From an uncultured Clostridia bacterium (GTDB lineage Bacteria; CAYTYR01; UBA6262): a stretch of DNA of 64,000 bases. How positions within the stretch are numbered: position 1 is the first letter of the stretch; each line of letters opens with the position of its first letter. The notes under the pieces were generated by a model. It was not told the origin of the DNA. It searched no databases and was given only the letters and a program-made list of their open reading frames with translations. The stretch spans positions 1 to 64,000 of the forward strand of contig CAYTYR010000006.1 in NCBI GenBank assembly GCA_964441745.1. The letters are read 5' to 3'. Positions 1 to 9,485 of the stretch are shown here, piece by piece. A program made the translations under genes and the position numbers.

Positions 1-178
1 CAATAGCGCCGACCGGATCAAAACGGAGATGGGTGTTAAACAGGTAATTAAGGCCAACTAATACTTCGATCTTTCATTTGAATCCTCCTCATAAAATTAA
101 AGAGCTGCCAAATAGTTAAATTTGGCAACTCTTATAATGGTAAAGCGTTTTAACTTCAAGGGTTACCTGCTTTGGCGG

Positions 179-319
179 TTATCCTTTTTCTTCTACCTTG
201 TAAAACTTGTTCTTCTGGTCCACTTCCATTTCTTTCTTGAGCTTCCTGATCATCTGCTCTACTTCAGAGACTACCTTCTCTTCCATAGAGCCATCCGAGT
301 TCTTCGGTACCCTGACCAT
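179..319 (-). CDS. Small hypothetical protein (46 aa)
   Basis: Internal ATG of track ORF 179..379; charged helical peptide, co-oriented with neighbours; no recognised family. Confidence 0.35.
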   Translation of the reverse strand: MVRVPKNSDGSMEEKVVSEVEQMIRKLKKEMEVDQKNKFYKVEEKG

Positions 320-448
320 TGCTTGGCTCTCGCTTTCTCTTAACCAAAATCTTTGCCTTAAAAAAAATAAAGTTACCACAGTTTTTCCCTACAAACCAAA
401 GTAACTTCATTCTTTTAACCGTGGCTGGTTATAGGAATTGATAAGTAA

Positions 449-476
449 GATATACCATAAAAAAACGCTTTGTCAA
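449..476 (-). promoter_or_regulatory. Putative sigma70 promoter overlapping the rng stop
   Basis: TTGACA (471-476), 16 nt, TG-G-TATATC on minus strand. Confidence 0.4.
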
Positions 477-1750
477 GCGGATTTTTTTCTCAGCATGCCG
501 GTACCGCCGCAATGCGGACAGGTGGTGCATAAGATCCGGCTTAAAGTAGGACGCATCCGCCGTCGGGTCATTTCGACCAGCCCGATCTCGGTCAGGGGAA
601 TAATATTAACCTTGGCCTTGTCAGTAGCAAAAGCTTCTTCAAAAGTCCTCATGACTTTTTCCTGGTTTTGCCTGATCTCCATATCAATAAAGTCCACGAT
701 AATGATGCCCCCAATGGACCGCAGGCGCACCTGGCGGGCAATTTCCACAGCTGCCTCCATATTGGTCCGGAAAACAGTGTCTTCCAGGTTTTTTCCGCCA
801 ATGAATTTGCCGGTATTGACATCTATGGCCGTCAAGGCTTCAGCTTCATCTATCACTATATGGCCGCCGCTTTTTAGCTTCACCCTTCTTTGCAGGGCTT
901 GCTCTATTTGCTGTTCGATGTTAAAAGCGGAAAAAAGCGGAGTATGTTCCTTATAAAGGTGCACCCGGCCTTTCATGCCGGGCATCATGGACTGCAGGAA
1001 ATTCATCAGTTTTTCATATTCAAAATTAGAGTTAATGATGACCTTGTCGCCAGGCAGGAAATTGTCCCTGACCACTTTCAGGACCATATCCAGGTCTTCG
1101 TAGACCAGGCTCGGAGTAGGCATCTGGCCGGCACGCTGTTTGATGTTTTCCCACATATTATTGAGAAATTTCGCTTCTTCCTGGAACTCTTCCAGCGGCT
1201 TGCCTTCTCCAGCTGTGCGGATAATGAACCCCTGTCCCTGTTTCTTGATCTTTTTGACGATCGTGCGCAGGCGCACTCTTTCCTTGCCGTGCACTATCTT
1301 CTTGGATACGCCAAAATGATTGACCATGGGCATGAATACCAAGTTGCGGCCAGTGACGCTGATATTGGTGGTCAGACGGGCGCCTTTTTTGGCGACGGCG
1401 TCTTTAGTGACCTGGACCAGGATTTCCTGGCCCCGTTTTAATTGTTTTTTAACATGGAATACTTTCTTAATGGCTTTTCTGATCTTGCCGACAATGATAT
1501 TGTCTTCTTCTTCACCCAGGATATCTTCGATTGGTTCGGTGAGCGGCAGAAAAGCGTCTTTGCCAACTCCGACATCAACAAAAGCCGCCTGCATCCCGGG
1601 CAGGACAGCATTGACCCGGCCTTTGTACAGGTTGCCGATCAATTGCTGATCCTGAAAATACTCAATGATCAGATCATTCATGATCCCTTTTTCCAATACC
1701 GCGATGCGGACCATATCCTTTCCTACATCAATTAAAAACTCCTTGTTCAT
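473..1750 (-). CDS. rng: Ribonuclease E/G family (RNase G-like)
   Basis: GNLYKGRV..PGMQAAFVDVG S1 domain, AIDVNTG, GGIIIVDFIDM, C-terminal CPHCGG. Confidence 0.93.
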   Translation of the reverse strand: MNKEFLIDVGKDMVRIAVLEKGIMNDLIIEYFQDQQLIGNLYKGRVNAVLPGMQAAFVDVGVGKDAFLPLTEPIEDILGEEEDNIIVGKIRKAIKKVFHVKKQLKRGQEILVQVTKDAVAKKGARLTTNISVTGRNLVFMPMVNHFGVSKKIVHGKERVRLRTIVKKIKKQGQGFIIRTAGEGKPLEEFQEEAKFLNNMWENIKQRAGQMPTPSLVYEDLDMVLKVVRDNFLPGDKVIINSNFEYEKLMNFLQSMMPGMKGRVHLYKEHTPLFSAFNIEQQIEQALQRRVKLKSGGHIVIDEAEALTAIDVNTGKFIGGKNLEDTVFRTNMEAAVEIARQVRLRSIGGIIIVDFIDMEIRQNQEKVMRTFEEAFATDKAKVNIIPLTEIGLVEMTRRRMRPTLSRILCTTCPHCGGTGMLRKKSA

Positions 1751-1764
1751 CTAAACCCCTTTTT

Positions 1765-1830
1765 GCGAATTACTCGAATGGTAGCTAATTACGCGAATAT
1801 TTTAACGAATAACGACTCTGTCGTATTCGA
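1765..1830. repeat. Degenerate CGAAT-core ~9-nt intergenic repeat array
   Basis: gcgaat-tactcgaat-ggtagctaat-tacgcgaat-attttaacgaat then gtattcg; same family as 42498-42608. Confidence 0.65.
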
Positions 1831-1850
1831 CTTGTTTCTTAATAAATTGC

Positions 1851-4253
1851 TCACCTAAACAATAATTTAATCCTTTTTATTTGCTTGATCTTATACCCTG
1901 GGGCAAATATTTCCGCACAGACTTTGTCTGGCCGGAGATTTTTTTCTCCCAGGGGTAGCTGCATTTGCAGCTCTATTCTTCCACTATCTTCTCTTTTGAC
2001 CTGGACATAAGCTGGCAACGCGCCAGTCATTTGCCCGTCGACACCAATATCATAAACTGCCCCGTTAATACTGGCAGACAGTGATTTAGTGACTAGCGGC
2101 ACTTCCTGCCCCTCCATAAGATTGATGCCTGGAGGCATCTCCCGGGACAGATTTTTAATCATTGTACTTAATTCCGAGTAATTAGTCAACTCAATATCTA
2201 CGAGTTCTGCTTCACTTTCAAATCCGACCGCGAGCGGCGGGCCGAAAGACATCTTAGGATGTGGATTGAATCCCTGTGAATAAGCCATGGGGATCTTAGC
2301 CCGGCGCAAGGCGCGGTTAAACATCACCATCAGCTCCAGGTGGGAAATATACTTGGCTTCCCCTTTTTTGGAAAATTTCACCCGTATCTTCTGCATCGGC
2401 GGCAAGATGGTCCGCTGCTGTATGAGTTGTTTCAAGGTAGCGGGCAAAGCCTCTATCTTCCGGAAAACATCTATCTGGCATTCTTCCACGCCGCAGGAAG
2501 AGCACGACACATGACAATCAGGTGTGGTTTCCTGATTTTTCGCTTTCTGGTAATCGGTCCAAAGAAACTTCTGTGAAACTCCGGCGTCTATATGGCTCCA
2601 AGGCAGTATTTCCTCTTGCCCCATAATCCGGTTGGCGTAGAAACCAGGGTCAATTCCTGCTTTGGCAAAGGAGTTCTGCCAGGTTGTGTTATTAAAATGT
2701 TCATCCCACTGGTCGAAGCGGCGGCCATTTTCCACTGCATTGGCTAATACTTGTCCCAATTTGCGGTTGCCGCGCGCAAATACTGCTTCCAGGAAGCTCA
2801 GCTCCATGGTGTGCCATTTCAGCTGTACCGGCAAATGCTTTTTAAGATAATCTTTTTTAGCCCTGATCTGTTCAATGGGTTCCTGATTATGCCACTGGAA
2901 GACGCTAAAGGCCTTAGGTACGAAGGGAGCAACATTTACATTCAGGTTCAGCCCTTTGTACAGGGATTTCAGCCTTTTTATGAGCGACACGATGCCTTCA
3001 ATGTCTTCCTGGGTCTCGAAAGGCAAACCAATCATGAAATAGAGCTTGACGCCCTTCCATCCTGCTTTGTAGCCAGCCCCGATGCTATTGATAAGATCGT
3101 CATCAGTGATATCCTTGTTGATAATGTTGCGCAGGCGCATGGTCCCGGCTTCCGGGGCAAAAGTCAGGCCGCTTTTGCGCACCTGTTGGACCAGGTTAGC
3201 CAGATTGATGGAAAAATTGTCTGCCCTGAGCGAGGGCAAAGAAAAAGAGACTTTTTCCTTTTCATATTTTTCGATCAATTCTGAAAGCAGAGGATATATT
3301 TCCGGATAATCGCTCGTAGATAAAGAAGAAAATGATACTTCTTCAAAACCGCTGGTAGTGAGTATCCGGTCCAGGAGCTGTTTGACATTCTCTTTGCTGC
3401 GGATCCGCGCTGGGCGATAGATCATGGTTGCCTGGCAGAAACGGCAGCCGCGGATACAGCCGCGCATCACTTCCATAATGACCCGGTTATGGACGATATT
3501 CAGGTTTGGGATAATGAATTTATCCGGATACGGCGCCTTTTCCAGATTAGTGACGCGTTTTTTGATCTTAGCCGGCACATCACTGTATTTCGGCGTGATC
3601 TCTTTGATGGTTTGGTCAGGATTGTAGCTGACATCATACAGTGCAGGCACATAAATTCCCTGCACTTTGGCCAATTGGATAAGCTGGGACTGCTTGTCCA
3701 GGTGCCGGACTTTTTTGTAATTATCCAGGAACTCAACAATAGCTTCTTCCCCATCACCAATAATGAAGATATCGATAAAGTCAGCCAGCGGTTCAGGATT
3801 GAAGGCGCACGGTCCGCCGGCAATGACTAAAGGATATTTTTCATTCATCCGGTCAGCTGACTTGAGCGGAATGTGCGACATTTTGAGCATATTCAGCACA
3901 TTGGTGTAGCTCATCTCATACTGGAGAGTGAAACCGATAATATCAAATTCTTTGAGCGGTCGCTTGGATTCCAGGGAGAATAATGGCAGGCGGCGTAAGG
4001 TAAGCGCCTGCTCCATATCCACCCAAGGTGAATAGACCCGCTCGGCCAGGGTATCCGGATGGCTATTGATGATGTAATACAAGATTTTCAAGCCCAGGTT
4101 GGACATGCCGATTTCATAGATATCAGGGAAAGCTAACACTACCTTGACATCTGTGGTATCCCAATCCTTGTGGATAGAATTGTATTCATTATTGGTGTAT
4201 CTCGCCGGCCTCTCAACCTCCAGCAAGAAATCATCTACATTAATCTTCGTCAT
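1851..4253 (-). CDS. B12-binding radical SAM protein (TIGR03960-like) fused to radical SAM-linked DUF2344 domain (TIGR03936-like)
   Basis: AFPDIYEIGMSNLG, RGCIRGCRFC, C-terminal YISHLE..FNRALRRA..YSQGFNPHPK; usual rodA-rng context. Confidence 0.9.
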   Translation of the reverse strand: MTKINVDDFLLEVERPARYTNNEYNSIHKDWDTTDVKVVLAFPDIYEIGMSNLGLKILYYIINSHPDTLAERVYSPWVDMEQALTLRRLPLFSLESKRPLKEFDIIGFTLQYEMSYTNVLNMLKMSHIPLKSADRMNEKYPLVIAGGPCAFNPEPLADFIDIFIIGDGEEAIVEFLDNYKKVRHLDKQSQLIQLAKVQGIYVPALYDVSYNPDQTIKEITPKYSDVPAKIKKRVTNLEKAPYPDKFIIPNLNIVHNRVIMEVMRGCIRGCRFCQATMIYRPARIRSKENVKQLLDRILTTSGFEEVSFSSLSTSDYPEIYPLLSELIEKYEKEKVSFSLPSLRADNFSINLANLVQQVRKSGLTFAPEAGTMRLRNIINKDITDDDLINSIGAGYKAGWKGVKLYFMIGLPFETQEDIEGIVSLIKRLKSLYKGLNLNVNVAPFVPKAFSVFQWHNQEPIEQIRAKKDYLKKHLPVQLKWHTMELSFLEAVFARGNRKLGQVLANAVENGRRFDQWDEHFNNTTWQNSFAKAGIDPGFYANRIMGQEEILPWSHIDAGVSQKFLWTDYQKAKNQETTPDCHVSCSSCGVEECQIDVFRKIEALPATLKQLIQQRTILPPMQKIRVKFSKKGEAKYISHLELMVMFNRALRRAKIPMAYSQGFNPHPKMSFGPPLAVGFESEAELVDIELTNYSELSTMIKNLSREMPPGINLMEGQEVPLVTKSLSASINGAVYDIGVDGQMTGALPAYVQVKREDSGRIELQMQLPLGEKNLRPDKVCAEIFAPGYKIKQIKRIKLLFR

Positions 4254-4259
4254 TATTAT

Positions 4260-4679
4260 TTATTCCCACGTCTTAAGAGTGATATCAGCATTATTGGTAT
4301 TGCATTTAGGGCAGAACCTGTTATCCATGTTGATTTTAATGTCTTCATAACGAATTTCTAAAAATGGCTTCTTGCAATTTGGGCAAGGAAATAGCCCTCT
4401 CTTTTTAGAGTTGCCGAAATACGGTGAATAAATATAGCCAACAGGAGTGGCGAGCTCTTTCCTTTTTTCTACTGGCATGTCGAAATCTTTATTCCTGATC
4501 CGGACATATTCATCACAGTTAAGGCAATAGCCATTGGCGATAATCTCAAACATTTCTCCCCGCCCATAATATAATGTAGTTTTATAACCACACTTACTGC
4601 AATTAATATCATACGCATTAGCTGCATAAAGATTAACTGCTACGAACAAAAACGCAAAAATCATCAAGCACTTTTTCAT
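4260..4679 (-). CDS. Exported Cys-rich hypothetical protein with four CxxC motifs (139 aa)
   Basis: GGAG RBS before ATG 4679; signal-peptide-like MKKCLMIFAFLFVAVNLYA; CSKC, CLNC, CPNC, CPKC. Confidence 0.75.
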   Translation of the reverse strand: MKKCLMIFAFLFVAVNLYAANAYDINCSKCGYKTTLYYGRGEMFEIIANGYCLNCDEYVRIRNKDFDMPVEKRKELATPVGYIYSPYFGNSKKRGLFPCPNCKKPFLEIRYEDIKINMDNRFCPKCNTNNADITLKTWE

Positions 4680-4704
4680 CTTTACACTCCTTTTATTAAT
4701 AAAA

Positions 4705-4755
4705 TCGCCGGCTCTCCGCTTCCAGCAAGAAATCATCTACATTAATCGTGGTCAA
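4705..4755 (-). pseudogene. Duplicated, truncated 5' end of the radical SAM gene
   Basis: 4721-4747 identical to 4219-4245 (27 nt); reads MTTINVDDFLLEAESRRFY* versus MTKINVDDFLLEVERPARY. Confidence 0.85.
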
Positions 4756-4779
4756 AATCCTTCAGTTTTTATAACCCTT

Positions 4780-4810
4780 ACTGTCAATTTCGCAAATTGA
4801 CAGTTGGTTA
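4780..4810. repeat. REP-like palindrome, left flank of RAYT
   Basis: actgtcaattt-cgc-aaattgacagt (11-bp stem) plus tggtta; 30/31 inverted match to 5487-5517. Confidence 0.85.
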
Positions 4811-5467
4811 CTCTAAGACAAGATGCTTTATATCTGCCAGTTCTCTCTGATATCCAATATGATCAATTACGAATTCACGATACTGATCAGGTTTTAGCTC
4901 TATCAAATCTTCAAATTTACAAACTCTCTCGTTATCTATTGCCCCAACATATTCTTTATATGAAGAATGGAACCATGCTTCTGGATCTTCTACAATATGT
5001 GCAGTCACAGGATTTAAGTGTACATATCTAGTTAAATGAAGCAATTGATTATCATCATTAACTAAAACATTTTGAAATCTGCTTTCCCAAAGAGGTCCTT
5101 TCCGGCCATGTTTCTTATTAAAATATCTAGTATGACTAGTAAGAAGGTTCTTCATGAAAAAAGAAATACCTTTTTCTTTATTTTGCTTTATAACAAAATG
5201 GAGATGTGTAGGCATTAAGCAATATGCTAATATTTCTATCTCTTCTTCTCCTATAGCAGATTTTGCAATAACTTTTTGTTTTGCAATCGAATATTCACAA
5301 AATCTAGAGAAGCTGACTAATGGTTTACCCATTTTATAGAATCTCACGCATTCCATCAATCTATCATATTCTTCTTTCGTATTGAATATCACATATCCAG
5401 CTATACTCTTTGTAAATACATGATAAACACTTCCTACGGCCAGCTTATCTTTTCTCAATTTCCGCAT
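4808..5467 (-). mobile_element. REP-associated tyrosine transposase (RAYT, Y1 HUH, IS200-like fold)
   Basis: YHVFTKS, AYCLMPTHLHF (HUH), LWESRF, RYVHLNPV, SSY; AT-rich; flanked by palindromes; start uncertain (5467 or nearby). Confidence 0.88.
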
Positions 5468-5486
5468 CCTCCATCTTGCATTATTA

Positions 5487-5520
5487 TAACCAACTGTCAA
5501 TTTGCGAAATTCACAGTTGG
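5487..5520. repeat. REP-like palindrome, right flank of RAYT, overlapping trmJ stop
   Basis: taaccaactgtcaatttgcgaaattcacagttgg; inverted copy of 4780-4810. Confidence 0.85.
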
Positions 5521-6236
5521 TGATTCTTCCCATCCAAATGATATTCCATTATGCTGAATAGCTTGTGCAGGAGCTGCACATCGCGGTTTTCCAGCGGCGT
5601 CCGGCCAAATATCCGGCGGAACCGGTGCACAAATTTGGGGATGCCGCCTGCCGCCTTGAAAGTCGTTTTACCGAGCAAGGTCCCCAAATGATCGTACATT
5701 CTCTGCATATCCTTGTCCTGCGCCAAATCCCAGTCAGCTACCTTGGCTTTGGTGCTATGCAGATACAGCTCATAGCAATAGATAATGATGGACTGGGCCA
5801 GGTTCAGTGAAAAGTTCTTCGCCGGTTGGGGAATGCGCGACACAATACCGCAGTGGCGCAGTTCCATATTAGTCAAACCGGTACGCTCCCGTCCAAAAAG
5901 TATGCCAATCTTGTTCTTCTGGCCTAAGGCAATAACCTTCTCTGCAGTTTCAGAAGCGGTGAAATGATTGATACCATCCATGCGCCCTTTACTGGTCGTA
6001 CCAACAATTAGATCAAGATCTTTGATCGCTGATTTGATATCTTTGAATACTTTAGCTTTATCGACTATATCTTTGCCTTTGCGGGCCACCACATAGGTAT
6101 GTTTATTTTTGTATGGCTCAGGATTGACCAGGCGCAGGTTCTTCAGTCCCATATTCTTCATCGCCCTGGCTGCTGCCCCGATATTTTCCGGGACACGAGG
6201 TTCTACTAATATGATGTATATGTTGTTAAGTTTCAT
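5511..6236 (-). CDS. trmJ: SPOUT RNA methyltransferase, TrmJ/LasT family
   Basis: IILVEP..PENIGAAARAMKNMG, LFGRERTGLTN, SLNLAQS. Confidence 0.85.
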   Translation of the reverse strand: MKLNNIYIILVEPRVPENIGAAARAMKNMGLKNLRLVNPEPYKNKHTYVVARKGKDIVDKAKVFKDIKSAIKDLDLIVGTTSKGRMDGINHFTASETAEKVIALGQKNKIGILFGRERTGLTNMELRHCGIVSRIPQPAKNFSLNLAQSIIIYCYELYLHSTKAKVADWDLAQDKDMQRMYDHLGTLLGKTTFKAAGGIPKFVHRFRRIFGRTPLENRDVQLLHKLFSIMEYHLDGKNHQL

Positions 6237-6296
6237 AATCTGTGTAATCTCTTTCGTAATCTGTGCTGTGCCCGCCGATCTTTTTGGCGGGTAATC
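6237..6296. repeat. 9-nt TAATCTGTG array with CTGYG-CCCGCC..GGCGGG hairpin insert
   Basis: aatctgtg-taatctctttcg-taatctgtg-[ctgtgcccgccgatctttttggcggg]-taatc. Confidence 0.75.
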
Positions 6297-6299
6297 GTT

Positions 6300-7616
6300 C
6301 TAATGATAGAACCTCTTCATTCTGATATTCAGCAGGATGCCAATGGCAAACATGTTCATTACGAGCGATGAGCCGCCATAGCTTACCAGCGGCAATGGCA
6401 CTCCGGTGATGGGCATGATGCCTAAAGTCATGCCGATATTCAGAAAACTATGGAACGCGAACATGGTGACTATCCCGATGGCTACTAAGGCCCCGAATTC
6501 ATCGCGGGCCTGGTTGCTGATAATAATACCGCGCCAGATAATAATAAATAGTAATATCAGCAGTAAGGACCCTCCGGCAAACCCGAACGTTTCAGCTATC
6601 ACGGAAAATATAAAATCAGTATGCTGCTCAGGCAGGAAACCCAGCCGGCTCTGCGTGCTATAGAGCAGTCCTTTGCCCAGCCAGCCGCCACTGCCGACGG
6701 CGATCTTGGACTGGATAATATTATAACCGGCGCCCAGCGGGTCAAGATACGGGTCCAGGAAGACGACCAGCCGCTTCTTCTGGTAGGTCTTTAAGAGTAA
6801 TTCAAAGAGATAAGAGGTCAGGATACCGGCCATGACTACTGAAAAACCAGCCATCATCTGTTTGAATTTTAATTCATATTTTAATTTTTTTGCCAAAAAA
6901 TAAATGAGCGCGAGCAGCAGGAATAGCCCGGCTAAAAAAACCAGCATATAATTGGGATTGGCAATGACCCGGATAAGATAATTATCCACTGCCGTACTTT
7001 TCAATTCAGCGTAGATCCTGGCCATAGTCAGGAATGAGATCAAGGTCCCGAATCCGATCATCGCTACGATATATTTCAAGCGGCAACCTCCAACATAGAG
7101 CATAACCAAAAGGATAGGAAAAAAAACCAGCGTGCTGCCAAAATCCGGCTGTAAGAGGATCAATCCTACTGGAAACATTAATAGCAGAACCGGCCAGCAC
7201 AGGTCATGCCAGGATTTCCAGGTGCGCATTGTTTCGATATATTTAGCCAGGAACACGATAAAAGCCAGTTTAGCCAGCTCACTGGGCTGAAAACTGAACA
7301 CCCCCAGGACAAACCAGCTTCTGACCCCTCTCACTTTGGACCCGAAGAGCAATACTAATACCAGCAGGAACAAGCTGGTAACATAGAATCCCAGCGCGTA
7401 TTTTTTAAGCGTCGGATAATTAAACTGCAGATAAAAAATTATGATCATTAAGCCGATACTAAAAGCCAGGCCTTGCTTGACCAGAATATTGGAAGAAATA
7501 GCTACCGGGTTTTGATAGATAATGGAGAATATCCCCAGCATGCCCATGATGCATACCAGGAACATGCTGATAAATAGCCAGAAATCAAAGCGGAATTTAT
7601 ACTTAAGCTGTCTCAT
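6300..7616 (-). CDS. rodA: Rod shape-determining SEDS protein RodA
   Basis: FQPSELAK, LQPDFGS, GYNIIQSKIAVGSGG, LPEQHTDFIF, PLVSYGGSS; follows mrdA. Confidence 0.95.
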   Translation of the reverse strand: MRQLKYKFRFDFWLFISMFLVCIMGMLGIFSIIYQNPVAISSNILVKQGLAFSIGLMIIIFYLQFNYPTLKKYALGFYVTSLFLLVLVLLFGSKVRGVRSWFVLGVFSFQPSELAKLAFIVFLAKYIETMRTWKSWHDLCWPVLLLMFPVGLILLQPDFGSTLVFFPILLVMLYVGGCRLKYIVAMIGFGTLISFLTMARIYAELKSTAVDNYLIRVIANPNYMLVFLAGLFLLLALIYFLAKKLKYELKFKQMMAGFSVVMAGILTSYLFELLLKTYQKKRLVVFLDPYLDPLGAGYNIIQSKIAVGSGGWLGKGLLYSTQSRLGFLPEQHTDFIFSVIAETFGFAGGSLLLILLFIIIWRGIIISNQARDEFGALVAIGIVTMFAFHSFLNIGMTLGIMPITGVPLPLVSYGGSSLVMNMFAIGILLNIRMKRFYH

Positions 7617-7632
7617 CTAGTGCCCTGTCTCC

Positions 7633-9456
7633 TCAATCCCTTATTTCTTCCAGCGCCACTGGCTGTATTTCGGAGGCTGATTTCTTGAAATATCCTTCCA
7701 GGATACGGCGCGCTAGCGGAGCGGCTTCCACACCACCATGCCCGCCATGTTCGATAAAAACCACGACCACTACCTGCGGATTGTCTACTGGAGCCAGACA
7801 GCCGAACCAGGCATGGTCCATACCCTGAGGATTCTGGGCTGTGCCAGTCTTGCCAGCAACGCGCAATCCCTTGATATAGGCCTGACGGCCGGTACCATGA
7901 GTTACTGCTTCTTCCAGTCCTTTTTTAATCAAATGCCAGTTCTGGCGGTTGAGCTCCACCATCCCCTGTTCTTCGGGAAAGAAATCATGAAATACTTTTC
8001 CATCCGGGGAAATGATCTTTTTCACTATTTTGGGACGGTAATATGGCCCGTCATTGGCCACAGCGCTGAAAATCCCAGCCATCTGCAGCGGGGTCATCCA
8101 TAAGTACCCCTGGCCAATACACATATTCAATGTATCGCCGTCATACCAAGCTTCTTTGACCACTTTCTTTTTCCAGTTGCGATCAGGCACAATACCTTTT
8201 TTTTCTGACGGCAAGTCGATACCAGTCAGGCTGCCCAGGCCGAATTTCTTGGCATAGTTGGCGATCCTGGTCACTCCCAGCCTTAATCCCAGCTGATAAT
8301 AAAATACATCGCAGGACTGGGCCATGGCGGTGGCCAGATTAATTTTACCATGTCCGTCTCTTTTCCAGCACCTGAATACCTGGTTATAGGTACCCAGTAC
8401 CATCTCACCGGTACATTCCAGTTTCTCTTCCGGAATGATGAATCCTTCCTGCAAGCCGGCGGCAGTAGTAATGATCTTGAAACCTGAGCCAGGAGGATAC
8501 TGGGCCTGGATCGCTTTATTAAACAATGGCCGGCCGCGATTCTTGAACAAGTACTGGAATTCTCCGCGGGTAACCGGACGCAAAAAAGTATTGGGATTGA
8601 ATCCAGGCGAACTGGCCAAAGCAATAACCTCTCCGGACCGCGGATTCATGACCACTGCCGCCCCATTAATTCCCTGCAGGACATCCTGAACCAATCTTTG
8701 TACCTCACTATCGATGGTCAGTTCCAGGTCATTGCCGCTGAGCGAAGCTGTTTCCCGCAAGAGGCGCAGCTGCCTGCCGCTGGCGCTGATCTCGATCTGC
8801 TTTTCTCCATGTGTGCCTCGGAGCAGATTATCATAATAAGCTTCCAAGCCGGTTTTGCCGATCTTATCACCGATCCGGTAACCGACACTTTTTAATTCCT
8901 TGTATTCTTCCAGGGTCAACTCACCGACATAGCCAAGAACATGGCAGGCCAGGGTCCCTTCAGGATATTGGCGCTTTGGTTCAATAGAGACATTGACTCC
9001 AGGCAGTAAAGCTTTACGCTCTAAAATGGTCAAAGCCTGCTCCCTGGTGATGTCTGAGGCCACCATCACCGGATCAAGAGGCTGTAAACTGGAAAAGGTC
9101 CTGGTTTTAACTTCCTGGAGGGAAAGGTTGAGGATCCGTGCTAATTCCTGGCTGATGCGCTCTATCTCCTGCAGGGTCAGGGAGTATGAAGTGAAAGACA
9201 CAACAAAAGAAGGTATATTGATAGCCAGCAATTTCTGATGGCGGTCATAGATCTGGCCGCGGGGCGCTTTCTGGTAAAACCGCTGGAGCCTGTTCGCTTC
9301 AGCCACCTGGCGGAAATAGCGGCCATTGAGCGCCTGCATATAAAAAAGCCGTAAAAATAAAATAACAAACCCTAAGACGACGATCAAGCCTACGACGACT
9401 ACTTTTTTCTTGCGTAAAGCCAATATTTCCAGGGTTTGTTTCTGTACTAAGACCAT
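7633..9456 (-). CDS. mrdA: Penicillin-binding protein 2
   Basis: APRGQIYDR, PPGSGFK (SxxK), SCD, KTGT; mre operon. Confidence 0.95.
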   Translation of the reverse strand: MVLVQKQTLEILALRKKKVVVVGLIVVLGFVILFLRLFYMQALNGRYFRQVAEANRLQRFYQKAPRGQIYDRHQKLLAINIPSFVVSFTSYSLTLQEIERISQELARILNLSLQEVKTRTFSSLQPLDPVMVASDITREQALTILERKALLPGVNVSIEPKRQYPEGTLACHVLGYVGELTLEEYKELKSVGYRIGDKIGKTGLEAYYDNLLRGTHGEKQIEISASGRQLRLLRETASLSGNDLELTIDSEVQRLVQDVLQGINGAAVVMNPRSGEVIALASSPGFNPNTFLRPVTRGEFQYLFKNRGRPLFNKAIQAQYPPGSGFKIITTAAGLQEGFIIPEEKLECTGEMVLGTYNQVFRCWKRDGHGKINLATAMAQSCDVFYYQLGLRLGVTRIANYAKKFGLGSLTGIDLPSEKKGIVPDRNWKKKVVKEAWYDGDTLNMCIGQGYLWMTPLQMAGIFSAVANDGPYYRPKIVKKIISPDGKVFHDFFPEEQGMVELNRQNWHLIKKGLEEAVTHGTGRQAYIKGLRVAGKTGTAQNPQGMDHAWFGCLAPVDNPQVVVVVFIEHGGHGGVEAAPLARRILEGYFKKSASEIQPVALEEIRD

Positions 9457-9485
9457 TTAAATGCTACTTTCAAACTAGCTAAAAT

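Noticed and set aside
179-319. Small ORF as ribosomal protein S21
   Set aside because: Only faint likeness (EQMIRKLKK..FY); lacks the conserved KP and basic C-terminal tail
4260-4736. Track start at 4736 and a c-type cytochrome call
   Set aside because: The extension is out-of-frame reading of the duplicated radical SAM start; RBS supports 4679; no CxxCH motifs
4219-4747. Repeat pair as DGR template/variable repeats
   Set aside because: Too short, located at a gene start, mismatches not adenine-specific, no reverse transcriptase in window
4808-5533. IS605 element with TnpB
   Set aside because: No TnpB-like ORF adjacent; motifs and flanks fit a RAYT
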